A stretch of DNA of 63,786 nt, counting the filler, from Catajapyx aquilonaris (taxonomy: Eukaryota): the NCBI GenBank assembly GCA_000934665.2. It is 3 parts of 3 records of this genome, joined end to end, with 100 filler letters (N's around TTAATTAATTAA, not from the genome) between each part and the next. Parts side by side here need not be neighbours in the genome. Positions count along the whole stretch, not along the records: positions 42,583 to 63,786 come from JYFJ02006116.1; 2 more parts are not named here. One strand, 5' to 3'. Numbering within the stretch: the stretch's first letter is position 1; every line of letters starts with the position of its first letter. Under the pieces are notes generated by a model. That model ran no database searches, was not told where the DNA came from, and saw only the letters and a program-made list of their open reading frames with translations. Both the position numbers and the translations under genes were made by a program. Below, piece after piece: positions 48,516-60,889 of the stretch.

Positions 48516-50183
48516 TCTGACAAATCAGATAACGTCAGGAGCGACTCCAAGCACGTGTATACCCGTTTAGAGCTGGGGTGCTTGTGTGTCCAAGATATCA
48601 ATACTATATTATTCTGGTTTGTTCATAAGACAAACCTCAAAATGTGGCACAATCTCACCCAGTTTAATGCTACGATACAAATTACCTGTATGTTCATTCT
48701 GCACATTAACTTCACAGAAGGAATGGTGGGGAGGGGAGGCTGCAGATGACCAACTGCCCACCCGCGAAAAAAGTGTAAATACGGCCCTCACTGCTGGTTA
48801 ATTTTTTTATGCAATAATAATTGCACCAAAATATTTAAACAGCGAATAAGTGCCTGGCAGGGTAGAGCAGGGGCCATGCCCAAAATGAAGTTCACCAGGA
48901 GGGACAAGCACATACACAGGATATCTTTCTGCCCAAGTTGATGGACCGAAGATGAGAGTGATGGGGTATTTTTCACCCTTGGTGATGTTCATAACGTTAT
49001 GAAGTGAAAAAGAAGCCCCATACCTTATGCAACTGGGACTGGAGTTCAAATAAGGACCAGGGGTGACTAGTCCATCAACTCTTGCCCACCCCCTTAGACC
49101 ACTAACTTGGTCAGAGAAACATCCTGTATGTGTATGGTGTAGACCAGTCGTCATGTGGGCCCAAGCACTGCAAAGACCACAGACTGCAGGAAGTGCTGCT
49201 TTGAAAGGGTTGTTGAACATGTTCCCTGATTTTGCAAGTTGCCTATTTCACAGTAGGGATAATTATGCTCATATCCTGCTCCCAAGGCAACCATTGTAAG
49301 GTGAGCTGGTCCATCTGCCAACAAAATGGTGTTGTGTGCATTTCAGCATGTGTCTAGGGACAAGCCAATGCATCTAGTTGCCTACCTCATCACCAGTTGG
49401 TCTCTTGACATTTTTCATCCCTATACATGTTCGACTTGTTTTGGGCCAACGAGTATGCCAGTCAGACAACATTCAAGTAAGAAACACCCTGTACTATACC
49501 AGGGACAGTTTTACCAGTGCAGTGCAGTGGTGAGGCATGCTGCAAAGATTTGTGCATGTAATTTACCCAAAATATGACTTGTGCTCCTGCCCTGAGAGTT
49601 GAAAGTTTCTCCCAATCACATAGCTACCAGTGAAAATCACCCAAGTTTTGTTGAACGTTTGTATGGATAATTTATTTTTATTACCTGCACACAAATCTTT
49701 CCTCCAGCCTTTCTTCGAAATTTATTTCAACCCTTGATCATAGACGTTTCCAACTTTTCACAGCATGTTTAAATCAGGACGAATTTTTAAACAGCCATTA
49801 TTGGAACTTACGTGAGTTGTAGAGTATGTGAGTACCCATATGGATTATTATTCTCTTGAGTTGAGAAGGGCCTCTCAACCATTGCAGTGGTTGGGGGCAT
49901 TGTCAGAGTCACTGACAGAACCCTGGTAGCTTCTGAAAGTACCACCTGCAGGCCGTCACTGCTGACTTACTGCATAATTTTCCTAAGGTTTTATTTAATT
50001 ATTAATTAATTTATATATTTATTTATTTATGCACTTGCAAGATACTTCCATCCAGGTGGACGTGCTCACCTTCAGAAACACACTATAATTATCATCTCTG
50101 AAAAGCACATGCTTGATTCATTTCCATTGCATTCTACATTTTAATTTGTTCAATGTAACAGTTTCTAATAGGTCAAAGTATAT

Positions 50184-53100
50184 TCAAGAGCCACAGGACT
50201 CAACTTGGTGTAAAGCATAAAGAAAGTCTGCCAAAGATGTGTCACACAACATCCGCATGAAAGCAGAGGGCCTACGGTCCACTGGATGTGGACCACCCAC
50301 TTCTACTACTAGTCCAGGAGGAATTGACATGCGCCTCCTGATGCCCATTTCTGTATCATGTTCTTGGGAGCTGCTTGGCTCAGGTTCAGCAACTGTTGTG
50401 CTTCTAACCCATCTTCTGAGCAATTGCCCTAGAACCTCCTCCTGCTGTCTGTCCTGAAATTATCATGAGAGCCTTAATCAATAATCATTATAAATAATTC
50501 ATACCCCGTTATCAGCCATCGACTCTTTAGGGGGGAAGTTTGTTTTGCCTGGAACTCTTTGTTTTTCATTTTACTGCGCTTTTTGGGATAGGATAGGGAC
50601 GGAAGGAAGCGGCTGTAGCCTATTAATTACGGAAGCAACTCCGGAATTTTCCTGGAAGGACCGTGGGAAACCACAGAAAACCACGGTCAGAGTTGCCGGC
50701 CCCGGGATTTGATCCCAGGACCTCCCGATTAGCAGTGGAACACCATATCCCCTCCTCCAAACTGCTTCGGTATGAGAGCCTTAAAAAGTCATGGGAAACA
50801 TTATGCAGAGAAGCAGATAAATAAATAAAATGGCATAGCTATGTTCAATGCCATGCTTAGTTTCTGGTCATAAAATTCCTTTTAGCATCTCCAAAGGAAT
50901 ACCCGCTTCTTATGGATTTGCAGATTGCTTCTTTGCAAGGAACAACAACATTAGTAGTCGTAGTAGAGGTGGTGGTGTACATTTTTACCTGGTATATCTT
51001 CAGTTATTCACATTTAAAATGTAGAGGATTTCACTTACCCCATTTCGTGGAAAGGTGGCACCCATATCAATGTTATTCAAGTCTGAATCAGAATGAGTTC
51101 TAGCAAGTACTGGTGTTGGTACAACTGCATCATTTGTTCCTGCATTAGTTATCTCAGCATTTAATTCCCTTGTGCAAGGTTGACTGGCACGTCTTCCCAC
51201 CGAATTGGCACAAGAACCTCTTTGTTTGTATACTCTCTGAAAAAATATGATCCAGTTCAGAATGTTAAGCGTGACAAAATGGAATCCCTGAGATGGAACA
51301 GTCTTCAACTGATATCACTACATGATATTCTTCCATCTGCATCACATTGTGGACAAGTCAAATTTTTTTGCATTCATTAAGCTGAATAAATCACTTTTTT
51401 GAGACCCTGTACTATTCCTGTGTCAAGCAAGTTATTGATAGGCATTCAGTCATCAGGCATACATAATTATGTAGTGTCTCCTATTCACTTCTATGTTACA
51501 CCTTCAGTTCAGTCTCATATCTTGATTATCTAAAATACCAACCCAGGTCAGAATTGGAGTGTGTGAGGTATAAAAGTGACACTCAATAATTTGGCCTAAT
51601 CCAAAATATCCAAAAAAAGGGATGGATAGTGCAAAAATCATAAGTGTAAGTCATTGAATGTTCCACTTCATGGGTCATGACTCATGAGGTAGAAGTCATA
51701 GTCACCTGCAACTTAATGACATAGAGTTCATTGAGAAATTGCCTCAATGGCATGGACGCAGTAGTTGTCAATTGAAGTCTCCTCCTGAGTTTGCGTAATC
51801 GCTTACTTCGCAGAGCCTGTGTGATGAGGCCAAGAATCATCAACAAATAGCCTAAACCAAAGACAATCCAGCAAACCAAGAGAATCTTGTAGACCCAAAG
51901 CCAGGGCCCTCCTGATGTCATGCCTGAAAATAACGATGCAATTGATATTGTTGCATTCATCCCTGTTAATTATCCTGTTACACAGTGCATTTACACAGGT
52001 TTGCCAACTATCAGGAGCGAAAGAGGAGCATCACTGCTACCAATTGTGACATGACAACCCTGGTAAGAAAATATAAATGACATATAAGGTACAGCGTGTA
52101 CTGTCTCACCTGCAACAAAATCTCCAAAGCCAATGGTTGTAAGTGATACAAAGGCAAAATATATGGCATCCAGGAAGGACCAACCTTCCAGTGCAACGAA
52201 GAGACCAGCAGGAACCAAGATGAATATCAAAAAAAGTGGTAAGAGATAAAAAATACCATCCACAAGGAGAATCATCTGAGTACTTCTAGGAGCTCCACTC
52301 TGTTGTTTCCATTTCTCTCGACGTAGTGCCAACTGCATGAAAGCCCTATGTTATTGCAAGCTATTCAATGATTTCCATAATTAAGTACAACAATAATAAC
52401 AATTTACCCTTTGTGTAAAAAACTCTGCTAAGGAGGCCAGAAGTATTCCATTAAGTGGTATTCCCAAAAGAGCAAAAGCAATGCAAAATACACGACTCCA
52501 TGGAGTTGTTGGTGATAAGTTTCCATAGCCTTGAAAAGAAATTTTGCAACACAGGTTACATCAGATAAGCCCCTTGAAATACAATGGGTATTACAATGGA
52601 GAATTTGACATATTAATTTCCTTCTTTCCAATTTTTGTGAACAATTTGTAACTCAAAAAAGAAGCCATCATCTACCACAGCCATAAAAAGTATAAGAAAG
52701 TATATGTCAGGTTTCTTGCATCTCATGCCACAGTTTTAGAGGGGAAAAATTGCAAAATTGAGAATTTCAAATGAGGATTTTTGCAACACCAAAATAGAGT
52801 TTATTTTTTTTATATCATTAGGGATTTCCACCAAAAACTGACAGTTCAAAGATAACTACTCTGGATGGCCTCCATTGCCTTCATGAAAACTTATACTGTA
52901 TAATGCCTCTTGTAAAGCAACATTAGATCTGGAAATTAAATATCACAGAACCTCTTCTACAAGCTGACTCTGCATACGCAGCATGCATTTAAAGTATGCA
53001 TATAACCCACGTTAACACTGCAACAACAAACATTGTTTCTTTGTGTGAAAATGACATTGCAGGCTCCCCGGAATGTCCAGTGAATGTTGAGTGAACATTA

Positions 53101-54090
53101 TTTCCATGCATTGCCATCATAATTATGTCGAATTTCTAGACACTCCAAATTTTCTGTGATATTGGAATATACAGTGTGTTCCAAGCATCCAAGAAGTTTG
53201 TGATAACTTAAAGGATGCAGATACTAAGAACACCCTGTACGTATTGTTATACTGCTTACACTGAGTTACTTATTTATCTGCTGTTATGTAGATCCATTGT
53301 TACACATTTTGATGAGGACATTGATAAAATAATTAACAAAAATCCTATGTCCAATGCTGAATATTCCCTTGATGTTCAATGGACATATCATTCTGTAAGT
53401 TCATGGAGCATTTTGTGTAAGTTATTACTTATTACTGATTTATCACCTGTGGTAATGCTGGATATGCATTCAACTTAGGAATGAAATATGTTATCCCTTC
53501 AAATTTCTGAGTAATGCAGTATGTTAAATTGATATTCATAGTATCTTACTAACACTAATTCAGTGTTCAAATTCATTACTCTTTCTCACTGATTGATGGG
53601 GTTTCTTCTACTTACCTATTGTAGTAACTACAGTAAATGCAAAAAAGAACGAATTATAGAGGTTCCACCTAGGTGGAGTTTCTTTGGAAGCATTCAACAG
53701 TGGCTTGCCACATACTTCTTCCACTCTAGAGAGTAGGTTTTGTCTGATTTCCATTGATTCTTGCTTCAAGCCTAAAAATACTTCTGCAACACAAATTTGA
53801 CAAGTTATTAAGGAATACCACTAATACTGGTGTGTGCCTGGTAGCCTAAAACAGATGCACTTTCTAGCAAGACAAAAGCTTCATGACTGCACATTTACAA
53901 GTGCCATTTGAATATCATAGATTGCCAAAGGTTCAAGGTCCATCTCACCATGAATGTTCAAGCGAATGTCTGCTAATTCCTCTCGTTCTTGCCTCTCCCA
54001 GGAAGACTCTAAGTGCATGAAAACTGTAGCGCCCAATAGCAGGTAAGCCAAAAAGAGTACTAACAAGGCCAACCATTGACTTCTGCTCAT
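50184..54090 (-). CDS. Two-pore-domain potassium channel (K2P/KCNK; Ork1-like)
   Basis: Exons 54090-53949, 53783-53616, 52529-52408, 52332-52110, 51923-51706, 51236-51039, 50453-50184 (3' end less certain). TM1 [20 protein letters not shown]1 [25 protein letters not shown]2 [27 protein letters not shown]4 [14 protein letters not shown] short 5' UTR intron lies at about 54101-54165. Confidence 0.92.
50478..50771 (-). mobile_element. tRNA-derived SINE, family A
   Basis: Family A head and body; 13-bp TSD ATGAGAGCCTTAA at 50465-50477 and 50772-50784. Confidence 0.9.
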
Positions 54091-54905
54091 TATCTTGACC
54101 TGACAAAAATCAAAGAGAAAAAGAAAAAAAAAACCATGCTGACACCACAGGTGAGTGTACTTACCTTATAATAAAAGAGGAAATATTGCACATCATTCCA
54201 AGTATTTTCATGCTAGTCACATGAGGCAGCACTTATGATTAAATAACAAGCGCACAAATTTGGCAGAGTTGCATAATTTGTCAAATAGGAAATACATGAT
54301 ATCAGTAAGGATTCCCGTATTCAAAAACTGAGCTCCCTAGCTAGCAGCATGTCCCACTCTAATGAAACCCTCTTTTTTAAACTTCTTCCCAAATCAAATC
54401 AAAAGGACTGTCGTGACTGCTCACCTGCACTCACTGAAGCCAAGATTCAATGTGCTACACTGGCCACCTGCCAAACTCACCACACCACTTTGCATATTAT
54501 AAATGCAAAAAAAGGTCATTTTAATGCATGCTACCTGCCACAGCATCTTCTTGTGGTACTGCTTGAGTTGGAGATAATCAATTTTAAGGCTTCCCTATAC
54601 ATGAAGCCATCGGTAACACAGGACTAAGTTAGTCTAGCCCACAGTATAGTAGATTCAGGAGTCCAGCTTAGCAATAAAAGGCGCTTTAAAGGGGAATAAA
54701 TTAAGTTTATTACAACAACTCGGAGACTTATAACAATGACAGTAAGAATGGGGTTTTGGTGAGAAACAAGGAGAGAATCAAGGAACAAAGATAAAGTGGG
54801 TGACTGTTGTTCCTAATTTACTTATTGCTGTGTCTTTGGTCCATTGCTCAAGAGGGTTTCGAAATATTGTGTGAAGGATGGAATATTGGGAATAAAGTTG
54901 ATATG

Positions 54906-55925
54906 CTAGGAAACGAGGCTGTGCGCGCTGTAAAGAGGACGAGCCTCTGCTGCAGCAGCCAAAATGGCATCACATGCACGCTGTCTCTTGCGGGTTGACA
55001 TCTGGCTCAGTCCCAAAACCTGCTGAGAGGGAAGAGCATTTACATTATTTCAAAAATCATTTTACACTTTGCAGCGCTCAGGGCAGCTTTGCTGTTGGCA
55101 CACGCTAAACCCAAGGGACACATTAGAAGATAAATTAGGAAGAACAGGCTGAGTGCATATAAAATTGTACTGACTGGTAATCTGGATGGTAATGTAGGTG
55201 CATGAGCTTCTGTCCTGAACAAGAGGCGGTCCACACTGGCAGCTTTATTCCTTTGTGCAGGTGCATAACCATTGGCCAGTGGTGTTGCCCCCGAGCCCAA
55301 AACTTCCAGGATGGCCTCATGGAAGGCACCATCCAGCCTCCTGTGGCTGTTCCCCAGTCGCTTTTTCAGGGGAAAATGGCTTACAGCAGCTTGAGCACCT
55401 GATGAATCAGAGGAGCTGAGAGAAGCCAGGCTAGACTCATCTCCTTCATCTGAATCTCGAGGACACCTTGCCCTCATACTTTCCTCTGAATCTGTTGCTT
55501 CACCTTCACGGCATGAGCCCCCAGATGACAATTCTTCATACACAGGGTTGTATACATCCTGAAATATTTCCAGAAAATACACTTCAATCCTTTAAACATT
55601 ACAATATCATATGAGCATTACCTATTCTGTCAATATTTTGAGAAACGTCACATCTGCACATAGTGGTAAGTCAATTTTCTAGGCAATCCACCCAGAAATT
55701 TGACTTGTGCTGATGTAAGGTTTTTCGAAATGAAGGCAGCAATAACCCTTAAGGAGATTCTTCATAAAAGCTTATGCCAGCCAACAGTTGTTGCTGAAAC
55801 AACTAGAAATGAGTTGATACAATTTTCATAATATAAAAGTGGACTAAAATTGTTAGCAACTCAGTGACATGCACGTGAAATGTAATATACAATGCAGCAA
55901 ATCTTAGAACAGTGAAATTCAGTGA

Positions 55926-56010
<85 letters not shown>

Positions 56011-57504
56011 GGGTTTAGTGCACCGCCCTTGATCTGGCACACTATCTTTATTTTGCTTTTAGATGTACAGGCTTTTTTGGTCCTTTTCTGTAATGACTGG
56101 GTACCACGAGCAAGGGGGGATGAGTGGGAGGGGATGTGCAATCTGCTGTGCAGTACAGTTGCTGCGGTCATTTTGTGAACTCCCCCAGGTGGTTAGTATA
56201 GCGGAAATCCCACCCGAGACGAAGCCAGAGATGACCCCGAACTCTGCACGAGATGACTGAGGGAATGCCCGGGCTTGGAATAGAATGCGGGACCCTTACA
56301 TCCGTGGGCGCATACGTTACCGCAGCGCCACTCCGTCTCCCCTAAAATTCAGTGAAAGCTGTCTCTAACAGGCTATATACACAACGAAAACTTGCCCATT
56401 ACATTTACTTTTGCTTGGTCCCTTTAGAATATTTTAAATGCACACCTTTTTTTTTTTTTTTTTTCCCGATACCCTGTGCTCGAGCCTGCGGCTCGTTTAG
56501 GGGAGGTGGCAGACCACCATACAGTTTTTCTATTTAACTTCATCTCCGTGCAAGGAATACTAGGATGTAGGGTAGGGAAAGGGATTTGTTGGGGAGGGGA
56601 CACTTTGTGCAGGTGCATTGTCCTATGGCTTTTGGGCCATGTGCAGTCCCCCAGGAGGTTAGGTTGCCAGACACCTCCTTGGTGCAGGTCAGAGACCCTC
56701 CTGACGCAGGTGAAAGGAAAGTTCCCCAGGCGGGGATCGAACCTGGGGCCTTTCACTCAGCAAGCCGTGACGTTGCCATCACGGCCACCACACCTCCCCC
56801 TTTAAATGCACACTTACTTATATCTGTCATGTGAAATGGAAATCTGCTCCAAAGAGAGTAACTCCACTAGAGACGGGTCTCAGTTTATAACATTAAACTG
56901 TGTTTTTCAGACTTTCTCACATCCATATCAGCTGAAATGTCAGAGACTCTCTTGCATCAAGTTGGTATTCCTGAGTCTCACAAATTTTAGTTGATCAGAA
57001 GAAACTATGTGCACGCCCCATGTGCAACTCCCCCCTCTTGCTTTCCTCCTCCTCAGGGCACCAACAGTACTTGAGGGCACCAACAGTACTTGTCGTCATC
57101 ATGACATTTCTGGCAATATGGACATGAGCTCAATTATGAAATACATTATTGTAGTTCTGAGGGAGGCATGGTGGTCTAGCGGTTACGCAGCTGGCCAGCC
57201 AAGCGCGGGACCGGGGTTCAAATACCGTTCCAGTCACCTCCGCTTGGCCGGGTCTTTTTCCGCTTTTCACCCGACATGCCGGGGCAGAATTGCACTCCCT
57301 ACTCTGCCCAGGGCCAAGAGAAAAGGTCTGGTATTAAAAAGAGGGTCTGCAATGACTGGAAACTACAGAGCGCCCTCCCTTGGGAACCTCCCCTTCCCCC
57401 ACGCCCGTGGGCCAGGGCGTTACGACGACATCATAGTGTATGTAATAAAAACCACAAAATAAATAAAGGTCTGTGCGATACCTAAAAAAAGGTCGGCACT
57501 ACCC

Positions 57505-57568
<64 letters not shown>

Positions 57569-58727
57569 GTAGTTCTGCAGGTCAGCTCAAAAATGGCCCA
57601 TCGACGAAGTCCATTATACACATGTAACCTAATGTTGCATTGAAATGCCTTCTCCTTGATCCTGTTTTGGTTTCTGCAACCCTCTTCCTCCATTTCTCCA
57701 TGACATGAGGTATGATGCCACACATGGGCCAAAAATCCATAATCATTGGGATTGGGAGAGTAGAACTACTTGGATCAAAAACTACTTCAGATGCCTTGCA
57801 GAGGGGTAGACCAAGTGAAAGTGAGCTATTCAGCTGTACAAAAATATGATTGCAAATAAATATAGGACTGGTTGGTTTATTATGGTGCAAAATCAGAGTC
57901 AGCTCTGCTGCATCAGTGAGTCATACAAAGACTTAGAACTTATGTTCCTGTAATTATTTTCAATCATATTTACATAGGGTTGCCTGGCTCAACTTCACTT
58001 GCTCCACTCTTGTATTAATTACCTGAGGTGCTGCCTGCTGTGCAGATGGTGGAAGTACAGCAGAAGGAGGAAGTGGCGGTGGTGGTGGTGGTGGCAGTGG
58101 AGGGGCACACACAAAGACACTGGCAGCCCCCAGCAATGGGAATCCCAATGAAGATGCTTTGCTGCAGCGCACATCTAAGAGCTGAGGATAGACAATATTC
58201 AGTAGACTATAAGGGCCATTTCTTAGGACCTCACCCAAGACTACCTCAATGGGTGGTGGTGCCAAATGTGGTGGAAGGTGACGGGGCCTGACATTAGTCA
58301 GGTCTTCATAAATGACACCATTTGATGCCAACATTCCCGAATCTGGGCATTGGTTGCCTGAGCCTTTGCAAGGAAGTAGATGCCGCTTCCTTTTGTGCCT
58401 GAAAGAACAAAGAGTCTTGAACCACCTCACCACAGGTAATAAAATCACATTGAAAACGCACTTCCAAAGTAAGAGAGCAGCAACCGCAGCACCCAGAGCC
58501 AGCAGACAAGCCAGGCAGAGTGCCAGGAGAGCAACAGACGGCAGCAACGATGAGGCTGCGCCATGATTCTGTGCGTTCACCAGTGACAGAGCATCGCAGG
58601 CATCCAACTCTCCTCTCAGAGCCTCACATTCCTTTCTGGATTCATTCAAGGAGGTAGGAGGAGGGCGTGGAGGGGGAGGCAAACGGAACTGTGGTGGTGG
58701 TGGAGCTGCACAGTCACATTCCAGAAC
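54906..58727 (-). CDS. Uncharacterised proline-rich single-pass membrane protein (start exon not located)
   Basis: Phase-consistent exons 58727-58462, 58398-58245, 58181-58023, 55558-55175, 55022-54906: VLECDCAAPPPPQFRLPPPPRPPP...; TM segment VALLALCLACLLALGAAVAALLLW followed by KHKRKR; cytoplasmic IYEDL, poly-Pro, NPVYEEL; minus-strand AATAAA near 54710. Confidence 0.7.
55928..56344 (-). mobile_element. tRNA-derived SINE, family B, with long (TTA)n tail
   Basis: Homologous to 6504-6840; TSD AAATTCAGTGAAA at 55915-55927 and 56345-56357. Confidence 0.88.
56446..56800 (-). mobile_element. tRNA-derived SINE, family C, poly(A) tail
   Basis: Homologous to 15870-16120; TSD TTTAAATGCACAC at 56433-56445 and 56801-56813. 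Confidence 0.88.
57160..57562 (+). mobile_element. tRNA-derived SINE, family D, (TTA)n tail
   Basis: TGGTGGTCTAGCGGTTA...GGTTCAAATACC head; TSD ATTATTGTAGTTCTG; a related fragment lies on the minus strand at about 21430-21525. Confidence 0.85.
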
Positions 58728-60577
58728 CTAATTGCAAACATTAATTAATATTCTTTCCATCATGACAATGATTTCTCAAGATAAGGCCTAGAACTTCTAA
58801 AAGCATCTGTTTGGCCACCTGACTGATGCTTTTAGAAGCCAAGAACACTACCCTTTCCACCATGATGCCTGCTCATGTCTGACATTGTCAATAAATTCCG
58901 AATATGATGAAGGGTTAAAATTACATCATCAACAATTAATCAACAATTTTTTAAAATATCAAAATGTAAAGACAGCTGTTGTAAAGGTCAAAGAGGCCTC
59001 AAACTGTACTACCAGGAACAAAAACATTGGGGCAGTAAAGTCTTAGCACTATCTCCCTTAGGTGGTTATGAGAGCCAACTGTGGACTATCATCTTGTGCT
59101 TTCCAATTGTATGGATATTGATATGGATATTGGCATCACCAATATTTCTGTTTTCATTTTGTATAGCCCCTAGCATAAAGTTAGAGACGCTGCAGACCTT
59201 CTCTGACCTTTGTTTATCTGACTCAAATTAATTGACTCTTTCTGGGCCGATTTAGCTGCTTTAGGTATGTGTTTGTTTATTTATTACGGTATATTTGATA
59301 CCGTAATGGCAGGAACTGACAGAGCGCCCTGCCGCAGGGGAGGGCCTGCTGTCTCCAACTTTATGCTTGGGGGTGTACATCATTGTGAATAATGCTTCAC
59401 AAAACTCTACCATTAGTTTGTGGGATGTAGTACTGGATATGTTCACCAATTTCACATATTGCTATGCTAATGCATTTATAAATACACAGATTTTTCCCAG
59501 TGATCAAACAATCCCTTAACCCCACAATAGCCGAGTAAGAGGAACGACAAGGACTCTAAACCTCTTAAGACAATACTGATTAAAACTTCCACATGCAATC
59601 TGTCTTGGCTGCTTTACTAATTCCGTAAGTAGTGCACCAATGAATGGTTTCAGTTTCAATGATACACGTACAAGCCAACAGCAGTTGCTCTTGTTGTGGA
59701 ACGGATAATTTTTGTTCAATGTGTCGAGCACACTTAATTCTTGGCCATGTAGATGGTCAAGTTTGCAAGTGCTTTAAGTAACATGAAAATTTACACATGG
59801 CCCAAAGAAACTGACATCTTTAATGGGTAAATTGGCATACTGTACTTGACTCCAAGCCATACATCAACATGATTGTGTACTTATGAGAGTTACAATATCA
59901 ATTATACACCAGGTGTATTAGAGAGTTACTTATTTTACTTATTGCTGAAATCTCATTTAACTATGAATGTAAGTTACAATTCTTGTACTCTTGGCCATCC
60001 ACATCACTCTTACTAGTTTTCTTTAGTCATTGTATATGCCTGTGAGATGCAATCACATTTTTCACTGGTGCCATAGAACTGGGGAAACTACCAGAAATAA
60101 TGAAAATGCGAATAAATATGGTTCAGGTATTCCAACTCAATGTGAAGTAGATATGGTTGAATTTGAAATGCCTGACAAGCTTGCCACACATGTGGATGTA
60201 AGTCAGCAAGTTTTAACAAAAGTATGCCACTAGGAGTCATATGATGTGGTGGTGACCATACATGATACATGCTATGGCCCCACTTGTGGAGATGCTGTAA
60301 TGTTGATAGGGTAGCAACATTAACATGGGAATATCCAATGTGTAGTAACAAAAGCACATCTGGCCAAGTCGAGCATAATTTGCTTGTACACCATCCAGAG
60401 AGAGTATGTAATGAGCAAGATTGCATGCCAACTGCTCATGTATTTTGATTGTCATAAATCATTGCAGATAGAAAAGAACTCGCCACTGCACGGCAGCATG
60501 ATTGGTTGGCATGTCAATTTCATAACCACCATTATTACTTGCGAGATTATTGGTCCCAGCATGAGAACTGAGCATAA

Positions 60578-60889
60578 TTATAATTAATAATTAATTAATT
60601 TGATACCCCATTATCAGCCTACCGGGCTTTTCTAGGGGGGGATTTCTCCCAATTTTTTGTCTGGAACTCTTCCATTTTTACTACTTTTTCTCATCGGAAT
60701 GAAGCAGGGATAGGGAAGGAAGGAAGCGGCTGTGGCCTATGATTACGGTAACGACCCCGGAATTATCCTGCAAGGACCATGGGAAACCACAGAAAACCAT
60801 GGTCAGGGTCGCCGGCCTCCGGGATTCGAATCCAGGACCTCCCGATTAGCAGTCGGACACCCTATCCACTCCACCACTACTGCTTCGGT
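60578..60889 (-). mobile_element. tRNA-derived SINE, family A
   Basis: Family A head and body; 14-bp TSD AGAACTGAGCATAA at 60564-60577 and 60890-60903. Confidence 0.9.

Larger units (their letters stand above)
43971..48588 (-). mobile_element. Full-length non-LTR retrotransposon (LINE; APE endonuclease + RT)
   Basis: Perfect 16-bp TSD TCCAAGATATCAATAC at 43955-43970 and 48589-48604; 73-nt 5' UTR, ORF1, ORF2, 3' UTR ending AATAAA(TTA)n. Confidence 0.95.

Noticed and set aside
55803..56178. Poly-Ile ORFs on both strands
   Set aside because: They arise from the (TAA)n SINE tail.
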